Translations under genes and position numbers: made by a program
In this document: positions 50,981 through 64,000 of the stretch, in pieces
Numbering within the stretch: the first letter of the stretch is position 1
Layout of the letters: each line of letters opens with the position of its first letter
Origin: Octopus vulgaris
Taxonomy: Eukaryota
Direction of reading: 5' to 3'
Length of the DNA: 64,000 nucleotides
Assembly (NCBI GenBank): GCA_951406725.2
Contig: OX597814.1
Location: forward strand, 72,168,001-72,232,000
The notes under the pieces: model-generated
The model's database searches: none
What the model saw: the letters and a program-made list of their open reading frames with translations, nothing else
Told to the model about the DNA's origin: nothing

Positions 50981-52704
50981 TGATCCAACAGCTTGATACC
51001 TCTGTAATTATTTGTATCTAGGGCATCACCTTTACCTTTGTAGCAGTTGACTATTATGCTGCTACACCAGTCATTGGGTATGACTCCTTCATGTATCACC
51101 TGATTAACTATACAGGTGACTAGGCTATAGCCGACACTACCAGATATTTTGAGCATCTCTGCAGTGATACCTGATGGGCCTGGGGCTTTCCCTGTCTTCA
51201 TGCTTCTAATTGCCTTAGCTACTAAGGAACTATCAACCCTGATAGCTGGTCCCTCTGTTGGGTCAACATTCGGCAGACTCTCTTTATCCCATTCATTTTC
51301 TTTATTCAGCAACCTTTCATAGTGGCGTCTCCAAGCCTCTCTCTTTGCATCCTCGTTTAGCGCAAGTGAACCATCTTCCATGCGAACACACTTCTCTCCC
51401 ACCACATCACAATTCTCTCTCACACACTGTCTTGCAACGCGAAACACCTCCAGTCTTTGGTCCTCACGGCGCAGAACATTGGCAAATTTTTTCTTATCTG
51501 CTTCCCCTCTGGCTAGATAGACCTGTCTCCTAGCTTCCCTTTTAGCAGTCTGATACAGTTCCCTGCTACCACCATTCTTCCAGTGCTTCCAAGTCTGTCT
51601 CTTTTCTCTAATAGCCCTGTCTACGACACTGTTCCACCACCACGTTACCTTGGGACGAGAGGGGACTTTGCACCAGCCACAGATCTGGTCAGAGGCTCTC
51701 AGCAGGTTGTCCCTTAGAAACGTCCAGTTGTCCTCTACCCCATGTGATACACTATCCCCTTCTACTTCGTCAAAGGCTTCAAGTAACATGTCTCTAAATC
51801 TCTGTCCATTCACAGGATCCTTAAGCTTCCAGATCCTTCTTCTCCATGTTGGTCGTCTTCTGGTTGTCCTCCTACTCCTGATCCTAAAGTCACTAACTAC
51901 CAGTCTATGTTGTGGGGTGCATTCTTCGCCTGGGAAGGTTTTGGCATTTATAAGTAGCCATCTCTCTCTTTGCCTGGCAAGGATGTAGTCAATTTGGCTG
52001 GTATGTTGGCCCGATCGGTAGGTGACTAGGTGGCTGGTAGGTTTCCTGAAGTTAGTGTTGCAAATCATAAGATTATTTGCATCGCAGAACTCCAGCAGCC
52101 TGGTTCCCTGCTCGTTGCGGGAACCAGAGCCATAGCCTCCATGTACGCCGTGGAAGCCCCCAGCATGTCGTCCAACGTGACCATTGAAGTCACCAGCCAC
52201 AAAGAGAAGGTCTCTGTCATTCGTCAACGAGGTAGTCTGCAGTAGAGTGTCATAGAATCGGTCTTTCTGTCCATCAGGTAGCCCCGACTGAGGAGCATAG
52301 GCTGATATAATGGTTGCTAAACTATGATGAAGCGCTAATCTAATCTTAAGTATTCTGTCGCATACTCTGATTACCTCAATTACTTTATCTACCCATTTCT
52401 CAGCGATAAGTATACCCACGCCTCCAACCCCGTCAGTGTTCCCTGCCCAGAAAATCTTGTACCTGTGTTCCTTGCCTGTGAGGAACCTAGCAGAACCTCC
52501 TCTCCACCTTACTTCTTGCATGCAACATATATCCACACGTCTCCGTTCAAGCATCTCAACTATCTCGCCAGACCTACCTTTCAGTGTGCCAACGTTGAGG
52601 GTGCCAACCCTGAGGGTGTGGGAGGTATGGGCCCTAGAGACCCTGCGTCGGTGGACAGTAGCTTCATGTACCTGAAAAGAAAGCTCGCATTTGGCAGAAT
52701 TCAT
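50968..52704 (-). pseudogene. RTE ORF, 5' part: APE endonuclease and start of RT
   Basis: GTLNVGTL, DICCMQEVRW, GGVGILI, ISAYAPQ, VAGDFNGHVG, SQIDYIL, QHRLVV, KAPGPSGI, NYRGIKLL; ends at the frameshift. Confidence 0.95.
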
Positions 52705-53154
52705 GAGCAAGTAATACAGTAGCCTTCAATTCAACCTGCATAACACTACCCATTCATATTTTGCACTGTATGATCATTACCTTACAATAAAACATAATTG
52801 TTTTTCAAACAAATTTATTAGCTTCTATTTTTTTTTTTTATAGAAATAGCATATTCTAATTAACTGAATAATAGTCAAAGCAATTAACTTTTTGATAATT
52901 AGATCACAATAATTAATTTAGAATTCAGTGACTGATTTTTTTTCTTCCAATTATTATTTATTTTAATATACATTTGGTATTGTGAGAGATAATGAAAATT
53001 AAAATTAATTATTATAACAGTCAAATTTTTGAAGCCTTTTACTTATTCAATTTGGTAACTGACCTCAATCTTGATGAGTCATAAGAAATGTCATGATATG
53101 GCTTTTTATATGAAAAGTTTTTCTTTCATTATGCCAAAAATCTTTTTACGTATC

Positions 53155-53362
53155 TTTTGTCGTTTACTTGTCTGTCATTAGACTATGGCCATGCTGGAGC
53201 ATCACCTTGAATAATTTTTTGTTGAATGAATCAACCCCAGGACTTATTTTTATTTTTTAAGTCTGGTACTTATTCTATCAGTTGCTTTTTGTTGAACTAT
53301 TAATTTATGGAGACGCGAATACACCAACACCAATTGTCAAGTGATGGCGGGGAAGAAACACA

Positions 53363-53403
<41 letters not shown>

Positions 53404-53540
53404 ACAAGACAGTCTTCTTTCAGTTTCTGTCTCCCGAATTCACTCACAAGGCTATAATAGAAGACTGCAATAGGAAACACTTGCCCAAGTTGCCACACGG
53501 TGGGACTGAGACATGAATTATGTGGTTGGGAAGCAAGCTT
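53155..53540 (-). mobile_element. SINE family A copy
   Basis: Reverse complement of 21833-22206, with an internal (CA)n. Confidence 0.8.
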
Positions 53541-54037
53541 CTTTATTTCATTACATTTGCCATAAAGGCATAATACAGATGGAAACAAGCTTCTTACCAC
53601 ACAACTACTTTTATGCCTATAAATATTTTAGAAGTATTGCTGTTGATTCATTTGACTAAAAGTTCTTCAAGGTGGTGCCCCAGTATGACTGCAGTCTAAT
53701 ACCTGAAACAGATAAAAGATAAAGATATTGAGGGAAATTTTTATTGAATTATCTTACTGTATCACATATTTGAACAGTAAACTGTAGAATTAGGATACTA
53801 AAACAGTAGTAGAATCAGGAAATTAGTGAAGGTGTATATATTGCCAAGTGAAAAGTTCAAAAGTTCATGAATTGGACTAAGTTAGGATCCAGTGTTAGGT
53901 TCTGCTTGAAACATCACATTTGTCCTCTACCAACAATGTATTTTTTACAAAATTTCTACTGCAATTATCTTACATATGTGAAAAAATGTAAACTAAACCA
54001 CTTCTTAGTACCTGAATAGTTGTGGTTATATATTATA

Positions 54038-54477
54038 CTAGCAGCATAGCCCGGCGTTGCCCGGGTATGTAAGAGCCCCTAGTAGGCAACGACTAATCCC
54101 AATCTAGTCCTTTCCCTCTAGGGAACGAAGGCACATGTGTAGGTTGCAATGTCTTCTCTTCACTCGAATACTTCTGTGTATACGATGTTCCTAGCTGTCC
54201 CTTTGGGCGATAAAAAGGTCGAGTTGTGTCCCCTAGACAGAAAATGTGTTGCATATAAAAAGCTTAGATTCTCGACCCCATGTCGAATTTATCGATTTTT
54301 TTCACAACTGGGGGAACTTTTCAAAATTTTCACTGCGTTAGTTTTGAATTATGACATTGGGCTATGTGTGTATCAAGTTTCATCAGAATCGGTTGAAAGC
54401 CGTGGTCAGGGTGAGGGTACAACCTGACAGACACACAGACACACAGACAGACAAACTGCCGTTTATATATAGAGAGA
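54038..54477 (-). mobile_element. Non-autonomous Helitron
   Basis: The minus strand starts TC(tctctatatat) and ends with the hairpin cccgggcaacgccggg followed by CTAG. Inserted between A and T, with no TSD. Confidence 0.88.
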
Positions 54478-57335
54478 TACCTGATAATCATTTGTAGTAT
54501 TTGTTTATTTAATTCTTTTTCTTTGGTTGCTTTCATCTTGTGTTTTTAACACAAACCAATGTTCTTAACCACTATACCACAGCCTATTGAAGAAGAGTTT
54601 TGAGATCAAATCTCTGCTGAAAGTTATGTAGAAACATGGCACCTAAGTATAATAGAAGAATAGTCATGACAGAGCTATGATGTAGATAGATGAACATAAG
54701 AGAGAGTTTAGTTCAAATTATTTCTTTAATTTCAGTATTTCTTTCTTCAGTTACATTATTAGATTAACCAATCTGTTTTCCTTCTAAAATTTGCATAATT
54801 AGTGTGTGTGTGTGTGAATGAGAGAGAATATTTTGCTCTGGTGTTTCACATTAAATTTAGTTATCACAAGTGAAAAAAAGAAAAAAAAATGCTTTCAATT
54901 TTCTTTTTCAAAAATTTCAAATTACATTTTATTAGCATTTCTCTTGAAAGTAATGCAACCTTACAATATAACCAATATTACTAAAAGAAGAAAAATGTTA
55001 TTTCACAGAAGTGTGGCAACAACAAATGCTCCTTAGCAGAGAGTCTAGTAATTTTACCCTCACTTGCCAGCATTACAAGAATCAAGATTTTCTTTCTGAC
55101 ATTTTATTATTGCCACCTGTTAGTTATGAGAACTTAAGAGATCATCTTAATCATCATCGTAGATGTAAATTATTGATTTCATTCCTATCTTACTCTCATG
55201 GGCATACACCAAATAAACAGAGGAAATTATTTTATTTTCAAATCATTAATGGAATTTTCATTTTTCTTCTTTTACCTGTAAAAGGAAGTTGTTTGATTGT
55301 TATAACAGTATGAATTATGAAATTCAAAAGAGGCTCTGCAGCTTAATTTTTCCTTGCAGATACCAGGATATTAAGCTGTATTTATGACCGTGTAGAAATT
55401 TGCAGTTGGTGGGCAGGGAAGAAAAATTCCTTTTTGTTGTTTATCTCTTTTTATTTGGCAAAAATTTTGGCTTTTCTTTAAAAGCTGTAAAGAAAGAGAT
55501 GGAAACAAACACAAGGATATCATTGGTATTACAAAAATCATATATTCTTAATAAAGTATGCATTATTATGCATAGCTATTTTGCTTCTTTTGCAAAACAA
55601 GTAGAATAAGGAATATTAATTCATCATAAATTAATCTATAAATTAGTATATAGATTTCCATAGGCTGCTTCTTCAAAAGGTAGTTTTATAAAACTTGTCT
55701 TACCTTCACAATTCTGGAATTGGTCAAGCTTGAAACTAAAAATTCAATTAAGTAACATACATATTACTTTGGTAGATTGATCCATCAACAAGTCTTATGC
55801 AAAATTACACTTAGGTTTCCTTAAGTAATAAAATATGCAGTTCTGGGAACAACACTTTTCTATTAATAAAATAGATCTTATGTCTTAGCAAAAGATATTA
55901 CTTTTAAGAGGTTCTCAACTGATGTAGATATGTATGCAGTGATTGTACATGTAGTGTCAGGAATTGTAAAGATTGAGTTGTTACATTGTTATTTCTTTAT
56001 TTTGGCCATTAAAAACTGTTTTATGTTCTTTACTATGCCTGTTGTGAATGTTGTATATAATAGCTGTAGGCACAGTATGACTAAAAGGTTGACAAATTCA
56101 CTTTGCAACAAGGTTCCATATTCAATCCTACTCTATGGCATCCTGGGCTAATGTCATTTTATTATAACCTTAGCCTAACTCATAACTTTTGAATGAAATT
56201 CAGGAGATGGAAACTGTATAGCAGTCCATCAGGTGTACTTGTAATTCAAAACATACAATCTTGTCACTCACTGTGTTAAACTTATTCTACAATAGAATTA
56301 CATTAAGGATACTTGTGTCTGTTGATGGCTCAACTATTTACATGTTAATTCAGGAGTAGGCCATTCAGTTGATCAAACAGCTGAATCCTTATTGTAAAAC
56401 AACATAGATCCTCTACCTCATAATAGCAAGTATCTTTGTCTTTTCTGTGTGTGTGTGTGTGTGTGTGTGTGAAATTGTTATTTAGTGTTGCTGGTAAGAG
56501 GGTAGATGGTGGGTTTGTCAGTCTATTTGTTTGCAATAGGGTTTTTAGGCAGTAGTGTTGAAATTTGAAACTTGTGTAGTTTTTCTGTTTTGCACAGCTG
56601 TATTGTGTTGTGATGATAATGAATAGATGATCACAGGAGAGTGCAAATTGTTAACCCTGTAATCATGGTAACTAATAATGTAATGTGTAAACAGTTGTTA
56701 TCTCAATTGTACATCTAGTTTTTCCTTACTGCCTTGAGTTAGATGTGTCCAATTCAGCATAGCATTTCTGCACTTATCACATATCTTCATAGTTTCCTTG
56801 CGAAATCCAATATCTTTAGATCATTCTTTCCAAGTATTCTTTAATCTTCCGTTTCTGCACTTGTTTACAAATATATGTTAGAAATTGGTAACAGTGGCTA
56901 AAATATATGTCATAGCTGTCTGGCCTTTATAATGAAATATATCTTCAGTAATATATGTAAGGAAAATTGTCTTGATGGTATTATATCACCTTTAGTGTTA
57001 TCTGTCTTATTTTTGTACCAGAATGTGTTATGTATGATAAGCCTACTCAGTATGTATGGTACTGAGTTGTAGCTGGATTTTGGGTAAGTGGGATTTTAGA
57101 AATGTGTGGAGAAATTTGCTACTGTTAATCTCTAACCTATGCTTGTTAAAAATATGAAAGTAGAGTTGTATACGTCCCTAAAACAATAATTGCTGAAGGA
57201 CTTAATTCATGGCCATGTTGTTAGTAGTTCATCACCTTTACCTAAGTCATTATATTTCCCAATCTGATAAATATAACTAGCAAAAATGCTTGTTCTAAAA
57301 TCTCTCCAAGAGATTAATGCAGTAGTTGTACCGAC

Positions 57336-57635
57336 AAGTAATATTTGTAGCCACTTTAACATGGCTGTTTGAGCAGACTATACTGCAATTTTTTAACCCC
57401 AAGAGGACATCTCTAGCTGGTTAATGATGCACAGCTGCATCCGATAAAATTGCAAGCAGGGGAGTGAACCCTTACCATCTCCTAGGAGATGGTAGGGGTT
57501 CACTCCCCTGCTTGCAATTTTATCGGATGCAGCTGTGCATCATTAACCAGCTAGAGATGTCCTCTTGGGGTTAAAAAATCACAGTAAAGTCCACTCCAAT
57601 GGACAGCCATGTTAAAGTGGCTACGAATATTACTT
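57336..57635. repeat. 300-bp loopless palindrome (foldback/MITE-like)
   Basis: Centre cct|agg at 57483/57484. Inner 57388-57579 is self-complementary with 1 mismatch; the outer arms also pair, with a 4-nt indel and a few mismatches. Confidence 0.95.
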
Positions 57636-57688
57636 ATAAATATACCTAACATTAATTTATTACAAAATATTTATATTATATTTAACAG

Positions 57689-57757
57689 CTTGAGTCCCAA
57701 CATGATGCTTGCTATGATGCTGATACACCAACTTGGGAAACGCATGGACCCCTTATG
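57689..57757 (+). CDS. NUP188: NUP188 exon
   Basis: tttaacAG / GTAATG. Encodes LESQHDACYDADTPTWETHGPLM, with the conserved PTWETHGxLM motif of NUP188; 69 nt. Confidence 0.92.
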
Positions 57758-57791
57758 GTAATGTCATAGCTTTTGTTATTTATTATTACAT

Positions 57792-57793
<2 letters not shown>

Positions 57794-57842
<49 letters not shown>

Positions 57843-57848
57843 TCCCTC
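57794..57848. repeat. (CT)n microsatellite
   Basis: Read directly from the sequence. Confidence 0.95.
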
Positions 57849-57964
57849 TTAAACATACACACACCACTTATCATGGAGAAATTATTGTATACAATAATCC
57901 ACAGGTTTCATATAATGCAACTATATAATGGCCATAACAATAGTTGGCAAGAACATCTGATATA

Positions 57965-58846
57965 CAAGGTGGTATCAAAAATTTCTTGGACTAGTTCTGT
58001 AGCATGCCAGTGGATGGCAGCACCCGGTTGCATGCACAGTGAAAGCTAGTAGTGTGCCAAGTGACATTGCTGTGTTTACTTCGCAAGTTGTGAAATTTGT
58101 GTTTTTGTGATCATGTGTATGCTGTAGTCTGCGATTTTGTCATGGACATAAACAAAGAGCCAATGTGAAATTTTACGTTAAAGTTGGGAAGTCTGCTACA
58201 GAAACATTGACCATGCCTCAGCAAGCTTACAGCGATGAGGCAATTGGTTATACGCAATGTTTTGAGTGGCATGAGCACTTCAAAAGCATAAGAATGACCC
58301 TGGAAGACCTACCACAAGCACCACTCCTGGAAGTGTGGTATTGTGCAGTGAGACTTTATCCCTCAAGGCCAGACCATCAGTCAAGTGTTCCACTGCAATA
58401 TTTTGGAGTGTATGAGGGAGGACATTTGGCAAAAGTGACATGATCTTTGAAGTGTGAAGGATTGAATTCTTCACAACAACAATGTACCCTGTCACTGAGC
58501 TCTCCTCACTCGTGAGTTTCTCACCAAAAGCAACATGGTATCACTTCTGCACCCTCACTATTTACCAGATTGAGCACTTGCGGACTTCCATCTCTTCCCC
58601 AAGATGAAAATGCAGCTCAAAGGTCGCTGTTTTAATACCATTGTCAAGATTCGGAGTGAATCACAAAAGGCCTTTGACTCGCTTATGGAAAACAACTTCC
58701 AGGCTATATCCCAAAAGTGACAGGAATGCTGGGACTGGTGTATTGTTGTTCAAGGCAACTATTTCAAAGGAGAGGATGTTAAAACTTAAGTAAATAAGTT
58801 ATTTTTTATTAAATATAACTAGTCCTGGAACTTTTTGATAGCCTTG
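57965..58846 (+). mobile_element. Internally deleted mariner element
   Basis: TA flanks and TIRs caaggtggtatcaaaaatttcttggactagtt / aactagtcctggaactttttgatagccttg. HTH KFYVKVGKSATETL..CFEW and C-terminus DFHLFPKMKMQLKG..GNYFKG. Confidence 0.88.
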
Positions 58847-59275
58847 TACTTCAGCAGTTTTTGAAACTTTCTTTTAACATCTCTATATAAACACTACTTC
58901 ATTTCACATTCTACAGCACTCATAGTGATTTCTGTTCAAATTTGCTAGTTCATAGTCAACAAGAAAGTCTCTATAGAATTGATCAACATGCTAGCAAAAA
59001 CAACCAAATCTTCCTCAAACCATTGATTTACTGTCTTACAGAAATTTCCATTGGGTAATATAATTGTGAAAAAAGATGACTGGATGGCCACTACAATACC
59101 TTTAGTCATAAGTTTGTTTCATGAAGTCTGATCTGTGACTAAAGTACAACAAAATATCATAGTTAGAAAGCCAAAAAGTAACACATCACCTGTCATATAG
59201 TTCTATTTATCCTTTTAGTGAATGGAAATAATTACACTATATTTCATGGTGTAAGCAATGTCATTTCCTTCAATA

Positions 59276-60057
59276 CAGGATGTTCAAGCTAAATTTGAAA
59301 GTTTGCATAAAAGGAAAAGAAAGTACAATTGATCAACATACAAGCAAAAAACAATATCCCATCCAAAAATAAAAGTATTTTAAAGAACCAAAAAATGTCA
59401 GCTAGATTACTCAAAATAGCTAGCTTCAGCTTACACTACAGCCTCAAGATTACTTTGGAACCTGGTGCATGCATTCCTTACTGTGTTTCTGGGAAGATCT
59501 TCAAACATCTTCTCGATCTTGGACACCAGCTCAGGCTTGGTGTTGCAGGCATAGCAGTTGGTATCTTTCTCAACTGCTCCCCACATATAGTAATACATAG
59601 GATTACAATTGCAAGGAGTTAGAAAGCCAGAAATTGGGGTTGGTGAAGTCATAGAAATTCTCCAACAACCACTTCTGACTCTTTCTGGAAGTATGGCAAA
59701 GAGCTTCAGCCTGCTGCCATACATATGGCCTCCCAACAGTAATACTCTCCAACCAGGTATTGACCACAGTCTCCAGCAGCTTTACATAGCCCTGTTCAGA
59801 ATGCCTGCTGTGTCCCTTCACAGAGCATTAAGCAGTAGTCATGATGTCAGCATTTTGATACCCAACACTAACCATGATATAGGTAACTCTTTTCCGATAC
59901 TCAGATGGCTTCAAGTCTTTTGTGTCAGCTAACTTTAATTACAACTTTATTCTTTATGCTCTCCAATGCCATTGACTGTTCACCAATACATCAAGCTATT
60001 CCTGAAATAAGGAGTCATAAAAAAAAATGGTCAAATTTAATCCAAGTTTAAACCCTG
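59276..60057 (-). mobile_element. Deleted Tc1/mariner (maT/DD37D-like) element
   Basis: Ends caggatgttcaagctaaatttga / tcaaatttaatccaagtttaaaccctg. Minus-strand peptides RPYVWQQ..ALCHTS..SQKWL and CNPMYYYMWGAVE...RNACTRF. Confidence 0.78.
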
Positions 60058-61928
60058 TTCGTATGGTAACATATAGATTGATATTGTATACTGCTCAGCA
60101 ATTTGTATTTAATTATTAATTTGAAGTCTTGAAAATGTCTTTGCTTAACATAAACTTTATTTATTTAGGAAGTGTATTGTCAACAGCTGAGAACCAAGAA
60201 GAGAAAAGCTAAATACAAGCTCTTTTTCTATCGCCATCATTGTTGTTGTCATCATCTCCATCATCATGATCAATATGATGATGATGAGGTGAAGATGGTC
60301 ATACTTACCTTGGTTAGATGGGTCTCCTCTAGAATAATGTTTCATCACTTATAGTTTATTATCATTTCCTCGTGTAAAGAACAGTTTCTTGGCTTTCACC
60401 TTCTCTCCATGTCTTTTTAAATTCCTCCTTCCGCATGTTCTTTCCATTTAGATTGTCTGGACCATCTTTACTTAACTGTCATCCACCATACAGGTTACAT
60501 GTTTTATTTATATTGTAATATATTAATAAATATTGCCAGGTATATAGGTATCATTATGATAACATAGTGAACTACTAATAAAAACATGTTGTAATAACTG
60601 CCAAAGTGGTGTTTGACACAATGATACAAGCTATTTCATACCATATAATTGTTCTTGTTAACTCCTAATTCTGCCCTTGTACAGCAGCCTTATAATTTGT
60701 AAGGTCAAGTAACTAAAATTCATTGTTCCATATGCATATTGTGCTTCTTCTTACTAGAGAATCATATTCCGCTCTGCAAAAAAGAACTGCTTTATCATAT
60801 GGCAATGCAACCTATTTTATTCTATATTATTATTATAACTAACATGGACACCATAACATAAGTGCTGTTACATGCAACAGTAACACAGTATTACATTGTA
60901 TAATTTGGCGTGTCATGGTAAATAATAAGTAGCAAATTACTATTGTCTTTGGCAACAGTTGTAAAACTTAATTACAGTTTAACACCACTTAAGGAAAAAA
61001 ACCATAATAATAATAATCTTCATTATAATCAATGGAGAGACTGTCCTGTCCTCCTCTCTGTCATACATTGCCTCCCTACAATTGCCAATCTCCCTGTATT
61101 TTATTGTGGCACCTACACTAGAAAGGTTTCCTTTTTTTCTTAAAAACTAAATAATCCTATTTAATCTACAATAGCAAGCTTTAGTAGCCAAACCTGACTG
61201 GTCTTATGAAATATTAGTCATTTTATCAATTCATCAATTTTAGTTATATTATTACTTTTATTGCATCAGTTATGATCTATTTTTGGAAAAATGTAAACCA
61301 TTAATCAAATTACAATGCAATTACTTCAGATAATGTAGATTAGCAGGGTAGTTTCATAACATTGTCTCCACTTAATAGATTTGACATAGCTGTATAGTTG
61401 GATTGTTGTGCTGGTGTTCACATAATCCTTAAAAGAAATTAATTGAAAAAGATCTCTTTAGATTACTGTGTTCCTAGTAGAGAGATAGGATGCAAACTCA
61501 ATAAAAGTATATATATCCCTGAGGGTACTTTTGTGGGTTTTTATTTCTATTTTTACATACATGCTTGCATATATAGGATTGTTTTTGCAGATGAATGGTC
61601 ATTCTGCAAATAATCGAGCAAACTAAGAAGATAAGCAAGATTTTATGCCTTGCCCAGGGGCAAAACACAATGATTGGTAGAGTTTCAACTGATAACTAAC
61701 CAGTCATAGTTTGCCATCTTAATCTCAGTCATTCTGGTTCATTATATAAAGTCATGTATTATGGCTTTCTTGATTATAAAGTTTTTATCTAATCTATTTG
61801 ATGAAACTGGTCATTATACTTCAGTTAGTTTGTCCGAACTGTATTTTGGAGAAAAGATAAAATAAATTAAAATTCTTACATATTATTAGCGTTTGTTTTG
61901 TAAAATGTTATTTTCTCTATAATGACAG

Positions 61929-61976
61929 AATAAAAAGAATTCACTGATATGGGCAATTCAAAATTTAAAAGAACAG
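61929..61976 (+). CDS. NUP188: NUP188 exon
   Basis: aatgacAG / GTGAGC. Encodes NKKNSLIWAIQNLKEQ, similar to recalled TERQVSRWFVQCLREQ; 48 nt. Confidence 0.85.
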
Positions 61977-62827
61977 GTGAGCTTTATTTTTGTCATGTTT
62001 GTTCCAATTCATTTCTAAAAGCGAAGATATGAGAGCTTGTTATTGTTTATATTATGACTATTTATACTGTAGTTCTATATTTTCAATAATTCTGTCTAAA
62101 GCACTAATAATATCATCTAGATAACTGCCATTATCTTTTAATTCTAGGTACCCTTTAAGTACATGTGACAGGCATGTGTACACACACACATGCATAATTC
62201 TAAATTTGATGTTATTTTCATAGTCTCTATTCTGTATTTGTTCTGTTGTGCTTGTATATGATTAGAGGCTAGTCAAAAAAGATGATATAGGTTGTGTAGG
62301 TAGATGATTGATTAGAATTAGGATCTTTGGAGCTTTTCTCGGCTGTGAAAAAGACAGTCATGAAAGCAAATGCTAGATTATAAATTTGGGAACACTGTTG
62401 AAATCTGAGTTGTTTCCCAATGAGAACATAGGAAGCAATATTGGTAATATACAGTGAGCAGGGATGGAGAGCTATCAAAGCTTGCATTAATTCTTTCAGG
62501 TTAGTACACAACTACAACTGCTGAAATATTTTCAAATTTTTAGGTGTGTATATACATGTAAGTGCATTTATGCACTCAAAAGACTCCTAAACATAGATAT
62601 TTTCTGTTACCCAGGTGATATTAATGCTAGAGCTAAGTTTAATGAAAATATTGTGGTTAGGGTATTAATAAACTGGTTAATATGAAAAAGTTCAGTTAAC
62701 TTTTCTTCACATAAAGACTCTCTCTGTCTCTCTCTCTCTAAATATTACCATAATATACTGTTCAAAATATAACTACCTGTTAAAGGAATCCTGTCCTATT
62801 ATCAAAGTATATTTATTTTCCTCTTAG

Positions 62828-62917
62828 TGTGAACTTCTGGAATGCATGCTTATATCACTTGGAGATATTGCAGAATGTGATTCAAAAAAATTCATATCAC
62901 TTCTTGATAAATTCAAG
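62828..62917 (+). CDS. NUP188: NUP188 exon
   Basis: ttttcctcttAG / GTAAGA. Encodes CELLECMLISLGDIAECDSKKFISLLDKFK, similar to recalled SMLLEIIFLYY...LTKMFK; 90 nt. Confidence 0.85.
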
Positions 62918-63247
62918 GTAAGAAATCATTTGCTTTTCCTAAAACAGATTTTAGCAGAATATCCTAATATCATGGTAGTAAATATTATTATAATATAATC
63001 AAGTTATTTTGAAACTTCCATATTTTCTTGAATATTCTTTAAATTAATTTCATAATTTTTACACTTATTATTTTTATTGAAATTTAGTTCGGTGTTGTAT
63101 TTATTATCTGAATCACTTAGTCATGAATACTTATAACATACATGTATGGATTTTGTCTTACTTTTGCTGATTAGTATGAATTAAATATGGAATTATATTG
63201 GCATTTCTTTCAACATATTAAGTAAATTTAAATCATTTTAAATCTAG

Positions 63248-63324
63248 AATCAAGGTTTTGGTCAATGGCAGAAATTCTGCCATGTACTTGATGTATCTTC
63301 CGAAAAGTACCTGAAAAAAATTGA
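63248..63324 (+). CDS. NUP188: NUP188 exon (last one located in the window)
   Basis: aatctAG / GTAAGT. Encodes NQGFGQWQKFCHVLDVSSEKYLKKI plus 2 nt, similar to recalled EQGFGSRQTNRHLVD...DRIG; 77 nt. Confidence 0.88.
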
Positions 63325-64000
63325 GTAAGTTCTTTTCAATATTTTCAATTCTATTTAAAATGAAGAGTTCCATTTAAAGAAAAGTCGTTTTTTGTAATAT
63401 ATTTTTGAATAGTTAAGAAACACTGGCAGTTTTGTTTTCACTGAAAGTGACATTGCCAAGAATTCAATATAAATAAATACATCTTCTGAAGCCAAATTTT
63501 TTTTGAAAACCATTTAAAAAGTATTATAAGAGATTTGCCTTCTTTCTTGTGGTGTAAGACATCAGTTGTTCTTTTGAAGTAATGTCATATTATTGATGCT
63601 TGAATAATCAAGTATATTTTACTTCACTTGAGCTCACTGAAAGTCTCTACCAGTAGTATCTTGATTATTTTATAAATGTTACTGCTGTTATATCAGTATC
63701 ATTAATTAATGTAGTCCAGATCAGATGAATCCACATTCCTATTCTTGTTTATTTACACTTGTTTGGTCTTGAGATTTGCTGCCTTTATATGCAATATCCT
63801 GAGGTTATCAATATGTTCTGATAATAAATGTTTATCAGTTTATTACTGAGAAAAGGTCATTGCTATGTTTTATAATTTGATGCAAAATTTGGATTCTGTA
63901 TAAATTCATTGACTTCCATCTCTTTTATCTATCATGATTGTTATCTTTGGTTTTAATCTACTCAACCAAAGAAAGAACCATTTAAAATTTCTTTTCACAT

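Larger units (their letters stand above)
48949..52740 (-). mobile_element. Near full-length RTE-clade LINE, antisense in a NUP188 intron
   Basis: APE endonuclease, RT and C-terminus with a single frameshift, a 3'UTR with a tandem array, and a (GAT)n tail. The 5' boundary is approximate. Confidence 0.95.

Noticed and set aside
52710-52800. TSD for the full-length RTE
   Set aside because: I found no convincing match to the flank at 48930-48950, so the 5' boundary remains approximate.

Overview
AT-rich, repeat-dense animal genomic DNA; the SINE/LINE inventory suggests a coleoid cephalopod such as Octopus (inference). The only host gene I can support is NUP188 on the + strand. Eight short GT-AG exons between 24353 and 63324 splice into one open frame matching the N-terminal region of nucleoporin 188; I could not locate the first exons, and the gene continues past the window. 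The rest is transposon-derived. It includes a near full-length RTE-clade LINE (48949-~52740, -) whose ORF carries a C4HC3 PHD-type finger and whose 3'UTR is built from ~58-nt stem-loop modules, plus four other copies of that family. There are also R4/Dong-type LINE fragments and SINEs stacked at (TAA)n tracts, four Tc1/mariner relics, a piggyBac derivative, hAT and Helitron pieces, and Penelope-type hammerhead-like motifs. The most unusual items are the PHD-bearing RTE with a modular 3'UTR array, a 410-bp direct-repeat-bounded unit with a strand-specific multi-stem RNA fold, a cluster of minimal hammerhead-like motifs, and a 300-bp loopless palindrome just upstream of a NUP188 exon. Most ORFs in the supplied track are spurious. 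Homology calls are from memory of the families, not from database searches.
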